Source of the DNA: Acidobacteriota bacterium
GTDB taxonomy: Bacteria; Acidobacteriota; UBA4820; DSQY01
Assembly: GCA_021787565.1 (NCBI GenBank)
Contig: JAJYLT010000004.1
Coordinates: 52,295-116,294 of the forward strand
DNA length: 64,000 nt
Direction: 5' to 3'
Below the pieces are notes generated by a model that was not told where the DNA came from, ran no database searches, and saw only the letters and a list, made by a program, of their open reading frames with translations. Shown piece after piece: positions 49,222-59,770 of this stretch. How positions within the stretch are numbered: position 1 is the first letter of the stretch; each line of letters opens with the position of its first letter. A program made the position numbers and the translations under genes.

Positions 49222-50867
49222 GGCCTCCCCTCCGCGAGGGCCACTCGCTTTCGGCCCTGGACCTTGGCCGTGTAGAGGGCTTCATCGGCGGCATCGATCC
49301 ACGCATCCACCCCGGTCAGGGAAGGGGCGAGGACGGCCAAGCCCGCGCTGAAGCTGGCCCGAAGGGTCTCCCCGCCGGGGATGGACACCGGCGTGGCGCT
49401 GAATTCCTCCAGGAGGCGCCGCACGAGCCGGAGGGTCTCCTCGCCGCTCAAGTCCTCGAGGATGAGGGCGAACTCCTCGCCTCCGTAACGGCCGATCACG
49501 TCGGCCTGCCTGAGGCGCTGCCTCAGGAGCCCGGCGAGGGCCACGAGAACGCGGTCTCCGGCCAAGTGGCCCCAGCGGTCGTTGACCTCCTTGAAATGGT
49601 CCAGGTCGAGCATGGCCAACACGACTCCCCGGCCCCTGGGTCTGGTCCGCTGCGAGTAGATGGCCGCGGCGCGGTCGAAGAAGGCGGAGTGGGTCAGCAG
49701 CCCCGTCAGCCCATCGTGGTCCACGAGGCGGCTGAGCTGCCGGGCCTTCTCCAGCTGCGCCGCAACGGACGCCAGCAGGAGCGATGGGTTCACGGGCTTG
49801 GTCAGGTAGGCATCGCCGCCCGCCCTCAGCGCCTGGATCTGGTCCCTGAGCTGGCCCTGCGTGGTCAGGAAAATCACGGGCAGGGTCGCGAAGGCCTCGG
49901 ACTGTCGGAGGTAGCGCACGAGGGAGAAGCCGGATAGGCGCGGCAGGAGCACATCCATGAGCAGCAGGTCGGGCCGGAAGGCGGCGAGTTCCGCCTCCAG
50001 CCTTCCCGGGTCGCCGCACAGCCTGAAGCGGTACCCGGCGCTCTCGAAGATGGTGGCCAGCAGCCTGCCTTCCAGGGGGTCGTCCTCCACCGACAAGATG
50101 CGCGGCGGCCGGGTCCGGCGGCCTTCCAGCAAGCCCTCCAGCCGTTTCACGAGGTCCTCCCACCGGACGGGCTTGGCGAAGTAGCCGTCGGCCCCGCAGT
50201 GGATCGCCTCGACCCGGTCCGGGAAGTCGCTCAAGACGCTCACCACCAACACCACCGGGGTCTCCCCGCCGGGCTGCAGCCTGAACCAGCGAACCAATTC
50301 GAATCCCGAGCCGCCGCCCAGGCGGATGTCGGTCACCACGGCGTCGGGCAGGTCCCGTTCGAGCAATCCCCTGGCCTCCTCCACCCCCTTCGCCAAGGCG
50401 ACCGTCATGCCCCTGTGCTCCAGAACGCTCCGGAGCGCGGAGGCGAATTCGCCGTCGTCCTCCACCACCACGATCCTGTAGGGATGTTCGCGGCGGTACA
50501 CGCCGCCAGGCGCTTCCGCGGCGGCCGGCGCGCACGCGGGGACGGTCCTGATGAGCACCTCCTCCAGCCTGTCCACGAGTTGGCCCCAGCCGCCGATCTG
50601 CCGGGTGTCGGGGAGTATGGCGGCCTGGAGCAACCGCCCTGCCTCAGCCTCGCCGATCCGCCCCATCTCCGTGACCTCGGGGAAGCCGAAGGTGGTGCCC
50701 AATCCCGACAGCTTGTGAAAGCCCAGCAGGAGATCCCGGAGGGCCTCCTGGTCGCCGGGATCGGCCGAAAGCAGCCCCAGGCTCCGCCTGAGCTGGCTGA
50801 CGCGGTCCGGCGCCCCCTGGAGGAATTGCTCCCTCAGCGCCGCGATCTGGGCATCCCACGATCCCAT
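49218..50867 (-). CDS. HPt + two receiver domains + GGDEF (PleD-like response-regulator diguanylate cyclase)
   Basis: N-terminal HPt-like FHKLSGLGTTFGF, REC modules (IVVVEDD..., ILSVEDD...) and RQADVIGRYGGEEFALIL. A 4-nt overlap with the downstream kinase gene suggests an operon. Confidence 0.85.
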   Translation of the reverse strand: MGSWDAQIAALREQFLQGAPDRVSQLRRSLGLLSADPGDQEALRDLLLGFHKLSGLGTTFGFPEVTEMGRIGEAEAGRLLQAAILPDTRQIGGWGQLVDRLEEVLIRTVPACAPAAAEAPGGVYRREHPYRIVVVEDDGEFASALRSVLEHRGMTVALAKGVEEARGLLERDLPDAVVTDIRLGGGSGFELVRWFRLQPGGETPVVLVVSVLSDFPDRVEAIHCGADGYFAKPVRWEDLVKRLEGLLEGRRTRPPRILSVEDDPLEGRLLATIFESAGYRFRLCGDPGRLEAELAAFRPDLLLMDVLLPRLSGFSLVRYLRQSEAFATLPVIFLTTQGQLRDQIQALRAGGDAYLTKPVNPSLLLASVAAQLEKARQLSRLVDHDGLTGLLTHSAFFDRAAAIYSQRTRPRGRGVVLAMLDLDHFKEVNDRWGHLAGDRVLVALAGLLRQRLRQADVIGRYGGEEFALILEDLSGEETLRLVRRLLEEFSATPVSIPGGETLRASFSAGLAVLAPSLTGVDAWIDAADEALYTAKVQGRKRVALAEGRP

Positions 50868-50908
50868 GCTTCCCTCTTTCCCGTCCGGCTACCCGCTCCG
50901 GAAGTCTC

Positions 50909-51553
50909 CTAGCCCAGGTGCTTCTGCAGGAGGGCCCTGAGGGTCTTGAAGTCCACCGGCTTGGCCACGTAGTCGTCGACGCGAAACTGGCGCATGGCTT
51001 CGGTTTTGTACTGGCCGGCCGTGAAGGCCGAGGTCATGACCACCACCTTGATGGACCCCGTCGCGGGATCGCTTTTGAGCCGGCGGCAGACCTCTCGACC
51101 ATCCACCTTCGGCATGAGGGCGTCGGTGAGGATCAGGTCCGGCAGGTACCGCCGGGCCAGGTCCAGGGCCTCCTGGCCGTCGCGTGCCACGAGGAGGGAG
51201 TACCCCAGACTCATCACGGCACCGGAGGCGATCCGCTGGATCTCCCGCTCGTCGTCGGCCACGAGCACCAGCGGCCGGACCACCGCCTCCGGGCCGGGAG
51301 GCGCTTCGGGCTGAAAGGGGAGGCCCCGCTCCTCCATCTTGCGCCGCCACAGCTCGGGTGGGGCCTGGGACCAGAAGCGGTCCCTGTACTCCCTCGGAGC
51401 CTGACAGAAGCAATGCAGGCAGGCGGGGCAGACGAAGGTCCGCGCCGTGGTCAGGCAGGAGCACCAAGTGGCCTGCATCGCGTCGAAGGAATTCCGGCAG
51501 GTGGGACAGGTAACCATGTACGCCGTCGCGGGTGGGTTAGGATGATCGGCCAT
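50909..51553 (-). CDS. response regulator receiver with N-terminal Cys-rich (zinc-ribbon-like) domain
   Basis: From the ATG at 51553: VTCPTCRNSFDAMQATWCSCLTTARTFVCPACLHCFC (eight Cys), then REC (LVLVADDE...DLILTDALMPKVDG...KP). Confidence 0.7.
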   Translation of the reverse strand: MADHPNPPATAYMVTCPTCRNSFDAMQATWCSCLTTARTFVCPACLHCFCQAPREYRDRFWSQAPPELWRRKMEERGLPFQPEAPPGPEAVVRPLVLVADDEREIQRIASGAVMSLGYSLLVARDGQEALDLARRYLPDLILTDALMPKVDGREVCRRLKSDPATGSIKVVVMTSAFTAGQYKTEAMRQFRVDDYVAKPVDFKTLRALLQKHLG

Positions 51554-51716
51554 GTCGGCTCCTGGGGCGCTCTCCCCCGCTCGCGCCCCCGTCGGGCGAA
51601 GTTCAATGGCAAAGAGTATATCACCAGCCATACAGGAGGTCCCGAGAATCATTGCCGGAAGGACATGATCCCCTGTCCCCTGTCTCCTTCTCCCAACAAT
51701 TTACAACCCCGACGGT

Positions 51717-53699
51717 TTGAGGCATCGTATGCGCAGGAGGCCCTCCAAGGTGGATTTCCTGACGATCCGCTTCTCGCCTCGGCTCCTGAATACCGACCTG
51801 GTGCAAAGCTGCGCGCTCCTGGACGGGTTGGACCTGGCCCCCCTCGATTCGGCCGAGCCCCTCCCCCCGGGCGTGCCGGTGCTCTATCTCCTAGCGCCGG
51901 GCGAGAGCGCCCCGGCGCAGGCCGGCATCGATTCCTACGTCTGCGTGGTCGGCGAGGCGGCAGACGGAGAGCCCGACGATGCCCAGGGGGCGTGGCTCCG
52001 CATCGGGAGCTCCTCCTCCCTGGAGACCTTCGTCAACCTCACCCGGACCCGGTGGCCCTTCGTCCCGGTGGCCATGGCCTTCGCCCGTCTGCGCCAGGAG
52101 TTCGACGCGCAGGCGCTCGTCCTGGACCAGCTCACGGAGGTGAGCCTGGCCCTCTCCAGCGAGCACAACTACCGGCGGCTGCTCTCGCTCATCCTCTCCC
52201 GCGCGCTGCTCCTGGCGGGCTGCGATGCGGGGAGCCTCTACCTGACCATCCCCGAGGAGGAGGGCCCGCCGACCAGGCTGCTGTTCGCGGCCGTGCAGAA
52301 CGACTCCAAGCCGATCCCCTTCGAGGAGACCGAGCTGTGGATCTCCAAGTCCAGCCTCGCCGGTTACGTGGCCGCCACCGGCGAGACGCTCGTCATTGAC
52401 GATTCCTACACCATCCCGCGCGACGCCCCGTACCGGTTCAACAGGGCCTACGACGAGCAGGTGGGGTACCGGACCAAGTCCCAGCTCATCATCCCCATGC
52501 TCAACCAGAAGGGGGACATCACGGGCGTCCTCCAGCTCATCAACAAGAAGCGGAATCCCCCGACTCTTCTTGATTCGCCCGAGGAGGTGGAGGCGGAGGT
52601 CGTCCCCTTCGATGCGGCCACCATCAACCTCATGCGGACCGTGGGCAGCCTGGCCGCCGTGGCCATCGACAACAACCGGCTCTACCAGAGCATCGAGCGG
52701 CTGTTCGAGGGCTTCGTGCATGCCTCGGTGACCGCCATCGAACAGCGCGACCCGACCACCTCGGGCCATTCCCTGCGCGTCTCCGTTCTCACGGTAGACC
52801 TGGCCGAAAAGGCCGGACGCGTGGAGAGGGGCCCGCTGGCGGGCCTGCGATTCACTCCGGAGCAGTTGCGGGAGATCCGGTACGCCGCCCTCCTGCACGA
52901 CTTCGGCAAGGTCGGCGTTCGCGAGAACGTGCTCGTGAAAGCCAAGAAGCTGTACCCCTTCGACCTCGAACGAGTCCTCACCCGCCTGGAGACGGCCCGC
53001 CTTTGCGCGGAGCGCGATCTCCTGATGCGGCAGGTGGAGCGCCTCACGGCCGGCGCCGTCCGCCCCCAGGAGATGGAGGCCTTTGCGCGGGAGATGCGGG
53101 AGACGACGGCGAAGCTGGACCGGTTCCAGGAGGTGGTCCTGCGCGCGGACGAGCCCACGGTCCTGCCCGAGGGCGACTTCTCGGCCCTGAAGGAGATCGC
53201 GGCGACGAGTTTCACCGACCGCATGGGCCGCGGGCAGGCGTTGTTGGAGCCACAGGAGATGGCCGTGCTCTCCATTCGGAAGGGCAGTCTGAGCGAGGAG
53301 GAGCGGCTGGAGATCGAGAGCCACGTCACCCACACCTTCCACTTCCTCAAGCAGATCCCCTGGACCTCCGAGTTGAGGGGCATCCCCGAGATCGCTTACG
53401 CCCACCACGAGAAGCTCAACGGCAGGGGATACCCGCGGGGCGTGACCGCCCCGGTCATTCCGGTCCAGTCGAGGATGATGACGGTCGCGGACATTTTCGA
53501 CGCCCTGTCGGCCTCCGACCGCCCGTACAAGAGGGCCGTGCCCGTGGACCGGGCCCTGGACATCCTACGGGATGAGGCCGGCGCGGGGCTGCTCGATGAG
53601 GCCCTCGTGGAGCTGTTCATCGATGCCAAGGTCTACGAGACCACCCGCCACCTCAGCAACGTCGCCCAGGGTTCTCCGGCGTCACGGCCGTCCTCTTAG
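51717..53699 (+). CDS. GAF + HD-GYP domain protein (putative c-di-GMP phosphodiesterase)
   Basis: A GAF-like middle region, then HSLRVS...LLHDFGKVGV...HHEKLNGRGYPRG (HD and GYP motifs). Transcribed divergently from the phosphorelay operon. Confidence 0.85.
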   Translation: MRHRMRRRPSKVDFLTIRFSPRLLNTDLVQSCALLDGLDLAPLDSAEPLPPGVPVLYLLAPGESAPAQAGIDSYVCVVGEAADGEPDDAQGAWLRIGSSSSLETFVNLTRTRWPFVPVAMAFARLRQEFDAQALVLDQLTEVSLALSSEHNYRRLLSLILSRALLLAGCDAGSLYLTIPEEEGPPTRLLFAAVQNDSKPIPFEETELWISKSSLAGYVAATGETLVIDDSYTIPRDAPYRFNRAYDEQVGYRTKSQLIIPMLNQKGDITGVLQLINKKRNPPTLLDSPEEVEAEVVPFDAATINLMRTVGSLAAVAIDNNRLYQSIERLFEGFVHASVTAIEQRDPTTSGHSLRVSVLTVDLAEKAGRVERGPLAGLRFTPEQLREIRYAALLHDFGKVGVRENVLVKAKKLYPFDLERVLTRLETARLCAERDLLMRQVERLTAGAVRPQEMEAFAREMRETTAKLDRFQEVVLRADEPTVLPEGDFSALKEIAATSFTDRMGRGQALLEPQEMAVLSIRKGSLSEEERLEIESHVTHTFHFLKQIPWTSELRGIPEIAYAHHEKLNGRGYPRGVTAPVIPVQSRMMTVADIFDALSASDRPYKRAVPVDRALDILRDEAGAGLLDEALVELFIDAKVYETTRHLSNVAQGSPASRPSS

Positions 53700-53882
53700 G
53701 ACCAGCGCAGAAATAACTTAACGTTTTCGCATCCCATCTTCGCGCGATCTTGACGCGATTCTCGATCGCAAAATCCTCAACGTAGTCTTCAACTACGCCT
53801 GCGGTTTTGCTCCCTCCAATCGCGCCAATCTCACACGAATCTGGGCGCGAATTCCGTTAACCTATTTCTGCGCGGGTCCTTA
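53698..53882. mobile_element. AT-rich ~185-bp MITE with 26-bp terminal inverted repeats and TTA flanks
   Basis: The left end is AGGACCAGCGCAGAAATAACTTAACG. The reverse complement of the right end is AGGACCCGCGCAGAAATAGGTTAACG (23/26). TTA is present on both flanks. The interior is clearly lower in GC than its surroundings and has no ORF. Confidence 0.8.
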
Positions 53883-54053
53883 GTGTTGTGCCCCCGCCCT
53901 TAGGCGACCATGGACCCTACCGGGACAGCGCACGAGCGCTTCGATACAAGGTGCGGGGAAGAACGGCGGGGGCGGGGGGACGACGCCTGCAGACGGCCAA
54001 ACCCGGCTTGGCGCCCCCGCATTCCGGGCCGGCGCTTCGCGGGCCCCGCCGCC

Positions 54054-55160
54054 TCAGGCCACGTCGATTCTGGCGGGTTTGCCGAAGTGGAATCCCTGGC
54101 CGTAGCGGAAGCCTAACTGGGAGCAGGTCTCCCCCTCTTCTTCACACTCGATGCCCTCGGCAAGCGAGGTCACGCCCATGTCCGCGGCCATGCGCACCAG
54201 GGTCCTCACCAGGTGGAGGCGGCGGCGGGGCGCCTCGTGGATGCCGCGAACCAGCGAGACGTCGAACTTGAGGACAGTGGGCGGCACTTCGATGAGCTCC
54301 AGGAAGCGCGCCTGCCCGGCCCCGAAGTCGTCGTAGGCCAACCCTACCTTCAGCTCGGACAGGCGGTCCCGGAGCCTTTTCATCAGAGCCAGATCGGTCA
54401 CCGCCTTTTCGCTGATCTCCACGGTGATCGGCGTCTCGGGATAGAGCTCGCGCACGGCGCGGAGGGCATCCGCGAGGTCGGGCCGGAAGGTTTCGGCGGG
54501 ATGGAGGTTGACGTAGAGCGTGGGATGGCCGGGGAGGGATGAGCCCTGCCGGATGCCCTCCTCCCAGAACACCCGGCTCAGGCTCGCTCCCAGACCGAGC
54601 CCCTCGGCGATCCGGAAGAGGGTGCCCGGATTCGAGGGAAGGCCAGACTGAGCGGCCCGGCCGAAGATCTCGTACCCCACCCGCTCCCGGTCCCGCAGCC
54701 TGAGGATGGGCTGGAAGAGGCACTGGACCGACCGGCTTTCGATCAGCTCCTTCATCTGGGGCTCGTAGGCCGGGAAGATGTCCTGGAACACCTCCGCAAG
54801 CTGAAGGGAGGTGCTGGTCTCCTCCTCCTGGCCGCCGGCCGTCCTGAGTGAAACCCTGAAGGCCAGGTCCCCCACGTGCAGCAGGTCTCCGCTACGAAGA
54901 GGGGCGGTCCGGACCACGCGCTTCCGATTCACGAAGGTGCCGTTGGTGCTCTTCAGGTCCTTCACCTTGAGGAGCCCGCCTTCGCTGAAGATCTCGGCAT
55001 GGAAACGGGAGATCTTGTTCGAGGAGAGGCAGAGATGGCAGTCCGCGTGCCGGCCGATGCAAAAGGGCATCGGCACCAGGGGGATGATCCATGATTTGCC
55101 GTCGGGGAGGAGCCCTTCCAGGTACCACTCCCCTTCGCCGGGGCAGCTTTCCGCTTCCAC
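54054..55160 (-). CDS. FHA domain + EAL domain protein
   Basis: FHA: CIGRHADCHLCLSSNKISRFHAEI...STNGTFVN. EAL domain: QPIL...YEIFGR, EISEKAV, DDFGAGQARF, KFDVSLV, LAEGIE and GQGFHFGKP. The catalytic residues appear retained although the name motif reads EIF. Confidence 0.8.
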   Translation of the reverse strand: MEAESCPGEGEWYLEGLLPDGKSWIIPLVPMPFCIGRHADCHLCLSSNKISRFHAEIFSEGGLLKVKDLKSTNGTFVNRKRVVRTAPLRSGDLLHVGDLAFRVSLRTAGGQEEETSTSLQLAEVFQDIFPAYEPQMKELIESRSVQCLFQPILRLRDRERVGYEIFGRAAQSGLPSNPGTLFRIAEGLGLGASLSRVFWEEGIRQGSSLPGHPTLYVNLHPAETFRPDLADALRAVRELYPETPITVEISEKAVTDLALMKRLRDRLSELKVGLAYDDFGAGQARFLELIEVPPTVLKFDVSLVRGIHEAPRRRLHLVRTLVRMAADMGVTSLAEGIECEEEGETCSQLGFRYGQGFHFGKPARIDVA

Positions 55161-55362
55161 GCTCAGCCTCTCCCCCGGGCTGCCTCGCGGCAGAGTGCAA
55201 GAGTGCCCCTGCCTCCCCCCCGTTGGTCGAGCGCAAGCCCGACAAGCAGCCGACGCCTAAGTATAGGCCTCTTTTGGACCGCGAGACAGAAGCGGGCGCT
55301 CCCCGGTGGAAATGGCCGCGGAGTGGGCGGCTTCCGGTGCTCTTCCGGCCGGTGCCGACCTC

Positions 55363-56142
55363 TCACACCTCCACCAGCCCCTGCAGGGTGCGGCAGAGGG
55401 CGGGCGTGGCCCCGGCCACGATGGTTCGGCCGAAGAGGTAGTCTCCCCCGCCCGAGAAATCGCAGCACTCCCCTCCCGCGGCCCTGAGGATGGCGGCTCC
55501 AGCGGCCACATCCCAGGGCCACAGGCCCCGCTCCCAGAACCCGTCGAACCGCCCGCAAGCCGTCCAGGCGAGATCCAGGGCGGCGGCACCGCAGCGCCGG
55601 ATGCCGGCGGTGGCCAGGACCATCCGGCGAAATCCCTCGGTGTAACCGTTCAGGTGGTCCAGCTCCTTGAAGGGAAAGCCCGTGGCCACGAAGGCGCCCC
55701 CCGGATCGGTCCGACCTGAAGTGGCGAAGGGCCGCCCATTGAGCGTCGGGCCCTCTCCCTCTCCGCCGCGGAACAGCTCGTCGTGGACGGGATCGTAGAT
55801 CACGCCGAGCTTTGGACTCCCTCCCTCGATCAGCCCCACCGATACGCAGTAGACGGGCACCCGGTGCACGAAGTTGTTGGTGCCGTCCAGCGGGTCCACG
55901 CAAAAGAACAGACCTTCTTGCCCCGAGGCGCTCCCCGACCCCTCCTCGGCCAGGAGGGGAACGCCGGGGAAGGCCTTGGCGAGAGTGGCCTGGATGACCT
56001 CCTCGCAGGCCGTATCCGCCGAGGTCACGTAGTCGTTCCGGCCCTTCTCCTCGATCCAGGCCGGGCCTTCAGCCCTCGCCTTTTTCAAGATCCGGCCCGC
56101 GGCCTGGGCGGCCGCCACCATGGCGTCCAGATAAGCATTCAT
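55363..56142 (-). CDS. suhB: inositol monophosphatase family protein
   Basis: LAEEGSG, CVDPLDGTNNFVH and WDVAAGAAIL. Confidence 0.85.
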   Translation of the reverse strand: MNAYLDAMVAAAQAAGRILKKARAEGPAWIEEKGRNDYVTSADTACEEVIQATLAKAFPGVPLLAEEGSGSASGQEGLFFCVDPLDGTNNFVHRVPVYCVSVGLIEGGSPKLGVIYDPVHDELFRGGEGEGPTLNGRPFATSGRTDPGGAFVATGFPFKELDHLNGYTEGFRRMVLATAGIRRCGAAALDLAWTACGRFDGFWERGLWPWDVAAGAAILRAAGGECCDFSGGGDYLFGRTIVAGATPALCRTLQGLVEV

Positions 56143-57077
56143 GCGTCGGGCTCCTGGGCCTCCTCCGGCGCCTTCCTCCGGGCGCGAGGGTGGGCCTTGT
56201 CGTAGACGGCCTTGAGCTGGGCCGTGGCCACGTGGGTGTACTTCTGAGTGGTGGAGAGGCTGGCGTGGCCCAGCAGCTCCTGGATGGTTCTGAGGTCGGC
56301 CCCCCGGGCCAGCAGGTGGGTGGCGAAGGAGTGCCGGAGCGTGTGCGGCGAGGCGTCGCCTCCCTCCGGAAGGGCCGGCAGGTAGCGCTCCACGATGCGC
56401 TGGAGGCTCCGGGAGGTGAGCCTGCCGCCGCGCAGGTTGCAGAAGACGGGGCCGCCGGGGCGCAGCTTGCCGGCCTCGGCGCGCGCCGCCAGGTAGCCCT
56501 CCAGGGCCCGCGCCGCCGGCTCGCCGAAGGGCACGATCCGCTCCTTCCGCCCCTTGCCCACGACGCGCACCAGGCGCTCACCGAGCAGGAGCCTCTCCAT
56601 GTCCAGGCCCACGACCTCGGAGGCCCGCAGGCCGGTGGCGTACAGGAGCTCCAGCAGGGCCCGATCCCTGAGGCCCGCGAGCGTCTTGGTGTCCGGTTGG
56701 GGCGGCGCCTCCACGAGCGCGGCGGCCGCCGCCTCCGTGAGAACGCGCGGTACCTTCCGCACCTGGCGGGGCGTATGCAGCGCTCGCGCCGGGTTGAAGG
56801 CGATCCGCCCCTCGCGGTGGAGAAACCGGAAGAAGCTCCGGATGGTGGCCAGCTTGCGCATGACCGTGGACTTTCCCAGTCCCCGCTGGTGGAGAAATCC
56901 CAGATAGGCTCTCAGCGTCAGGGTGTCCACCGACTTCAGGTCGATGCCCGCCGGGAAAAGCGTCTTCAGGAAGGATCGGAACTGGGCGAGGTCGGAGAGG
57001 TAGTTGCGCAGCGTGTGGTCGGAGACGCGCCTCTCGTCCCGGAGGTGGGCTTCGAAGTCCTTGATCGCCCTATCCAT
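56139..57077 (-). CDS. xerC: site-specific tyrosine recombinase XerC/XerD family
   Basis: SDHTLRNYLSDLAQFRSFL and the C-terminal HTLRHSFATHLLARGADLRTIQELLGHASLSTTQKYTHV. It overlaps both neighbours, which fits a housekeeping operon context. Confidence 0.85.
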   Translation of the reverse strand: MDRAIKDFEAHLRDERRVSDHTLRNYLSDLAQFRSFLKTLFPAGIDLKSVDTLTLRAYLGFLHQRGLGKSTVMRKLATIRSFFRFLHREGRIAFNPARALHTPRQVRKVPRVLTEAAAAALVEAPPQPDTKTLAGLRDRALLELLYATGLRASEVVGLDMERLLLGERLVRVVGKGRKERIVPFGEPAARALEGYLAARAEAGKLRPGGPVFCNLRGGRLTSRSLQRIVERYLPALPEGGDASPHTLRHSFATHLLARGADLRTIQELLGHASLSTTQKYTHVATAQLKAVYDKAHPRARRKAPEEAQEPDA

Positions 57078-57708
57078 TCTCTTCGCGCGCCTCGTCCGGT
57101 GCGCGCTCTTTCAGAACCGATTCCAGATAAGATCGCAGGGCCCGGATCGCCTCGCCCCGGTGACTCAGGCGGTCCTTCTCCTCCTGCGACGCGCGGCCGA
57201 AGGTCTTGCCCAGGCTGGGGTGGTAGAAGAGGGGGTCGTAGCCGAAGCCGCGCTCGCCCTCCGGAACCTTGGCGATGAAGCCATGGACCCGCCCGCGAAA
57301 GAGGCGCTCCGCACCACCGGGCTCCATCAGGACCACGATGGCCTCGTAGTAGGCCGCCCGGGCCTCACCGTCGAGGCTGGCCATGCGCTCCAGCAGGAGT
57401 TCGTTGCGCGAGAGGTCGTCGGGGCGCCCGCCGAAGCGCGCCGAATAGACCCCCGGTTCTCCGCCCAGCGCGGGAACCACGATGCCCGAGTCCTCCGCGG
57501 CCACGTAGCCGCCGGGGAGCAGGGCTGCATAGCCCCTCGCCTTGAGACGGGCGTTCTCCTCGAAGGTGGCTCCCGTCTCCTCCACCTCGGGAACCGCGGG
57601 AAGGTCGTTCAGGAAGAGGAGCCTCAGCGGCAGACCCGAGAGGAGCCCTCGGATCTCGCGCTGCTTGCCGGGGTTGGTCGTGGCGAAGAGGAGGTCGGTC
57701 ATGGGCAC
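57070..57708 (-). CDS. rdgB: non-canonical purine NTP pyrophosphatase (RdgB/HAM1)
   Basis: LLFATTNPGKQREI...EETGATFEENA...GFGYDPLF. Confidence 0.88.
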   Translation of the reverse strand: MPMTDLLFATTNPGKQREIRGLLSGLPLRLLFLNDLPAVPEVEETGATFEENARLKARGYAALLPGGYVAAEDSGIVVPALGGEPGVYSARFGGRPDDLSRNELLLERMASLDGEARAAYYEAIVVLMEPGGAERLFRGRVHGFIAKVPEGERGFGYDPLFYHPSLGKTFGRASQEEKDRLSHRGEAIRALRSYLESVLKERAPDEAREENG

Positions 57709-57850
57709 CTCAGGTCAGGGGGCAGTAGGAAGTGAGGAGTGGGAAGTGAGGAGTGAAAGGCCCGATGGTTCGGCATCTTTGCGGTCCCACATTCCGCATC
57801 CCTTGGCGTCTTGGTGTCTTGGTGGTGCTTCTTCTTTCCGAATCCCGGTC

Positions 57851-59119
<1,269 letters not shown>

Positions 59120-59311
59120 GGTGCCTCCTCCAGAGGGCCAAGTATACGCCACCAGGTCAAGCGCATGCCGTCCTTTTCCCCTCCCCAAATGGGGCCATGA
59201 CCGTCATCTTTGAGGGTGAAGTCATGCAACGGATTCATGATTCATGCTGGAGGATCGGCTATGCAATGCGTAATCACGCAACGGGGCCGCGGTGCCGCGG
59301 GAGGTGACAGC

Positions 59312-59542
59312 ATGACTGCCACCGCCAGTTCGGGCGGCGCGATCTCCAGCCAATCCGCGGCCGTGATCGTCCAAGCCTTCCCCGCCCTGCTCCGGTACCA
59401 GTGGACGACGCTTCAGACTTCGGGCGCCCTGGCACCGCCGGTTCCGGGCACGGTCTTCCCCAACGACACGCTGCCGATTCCGCCGAACACCCCATCGAGA
59501 CGGCGGATAGCGAAGACGCAAGCGCGAAATCCACTGCGCTGA
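59312..59542 (+). CDS. 76-aa ORF carrying a copy of the C-terminal segment of the 907-aa secreted protein (small protein or gene remnant)
   Basis: The ATG at 59312 is preceded by GGGAGGTG. Residues FPALLRYQWTTLQTSGALAPPVPGTVFPNDTLPIPPNTPS match residues near the C-terminus of 60004..62727. DNA at 59376-59490 versus 62408-62523 shows about 10 mismatches in ~115 nt. Confidence 0.4.
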   Translation: MTATASSGGAISSQSAAVIVQAFPALLRYQWTTLQTSGALAPPVPGTVFPNDTLPIPPNTPSRRRIAKTQARNPLR

Positions 59543-59770
59543 GGGCTGCCACCAAACGGTAACGGCCTGTTCCCTTTTGGTGGCGCTGCACCAAAGCGAA
59601 ACGGGCGTGCAGTCATGGGTCACATGCGGGCAACGCTCACCGGAAGGGCGTTGCCGCGCCATAGAGTCGACAATCTCAGCTGACTGAATGGTTGGCAAGG
59701 GAATTGCTTTTGTAGTATGTAATGGTCCAGCAAACCCTATCAGTCATGACTGGACCGGAGGGTTAGGGTA

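Noticed and set aside
59222-59698. 158-aa minus-strand ORF, and 59274..59594 (-)
   Set aside because: They lie antisense to the duplicated C-terminal cassette region. The composition is Arg/Trp/Gly-rich and there is no RBS or motif.
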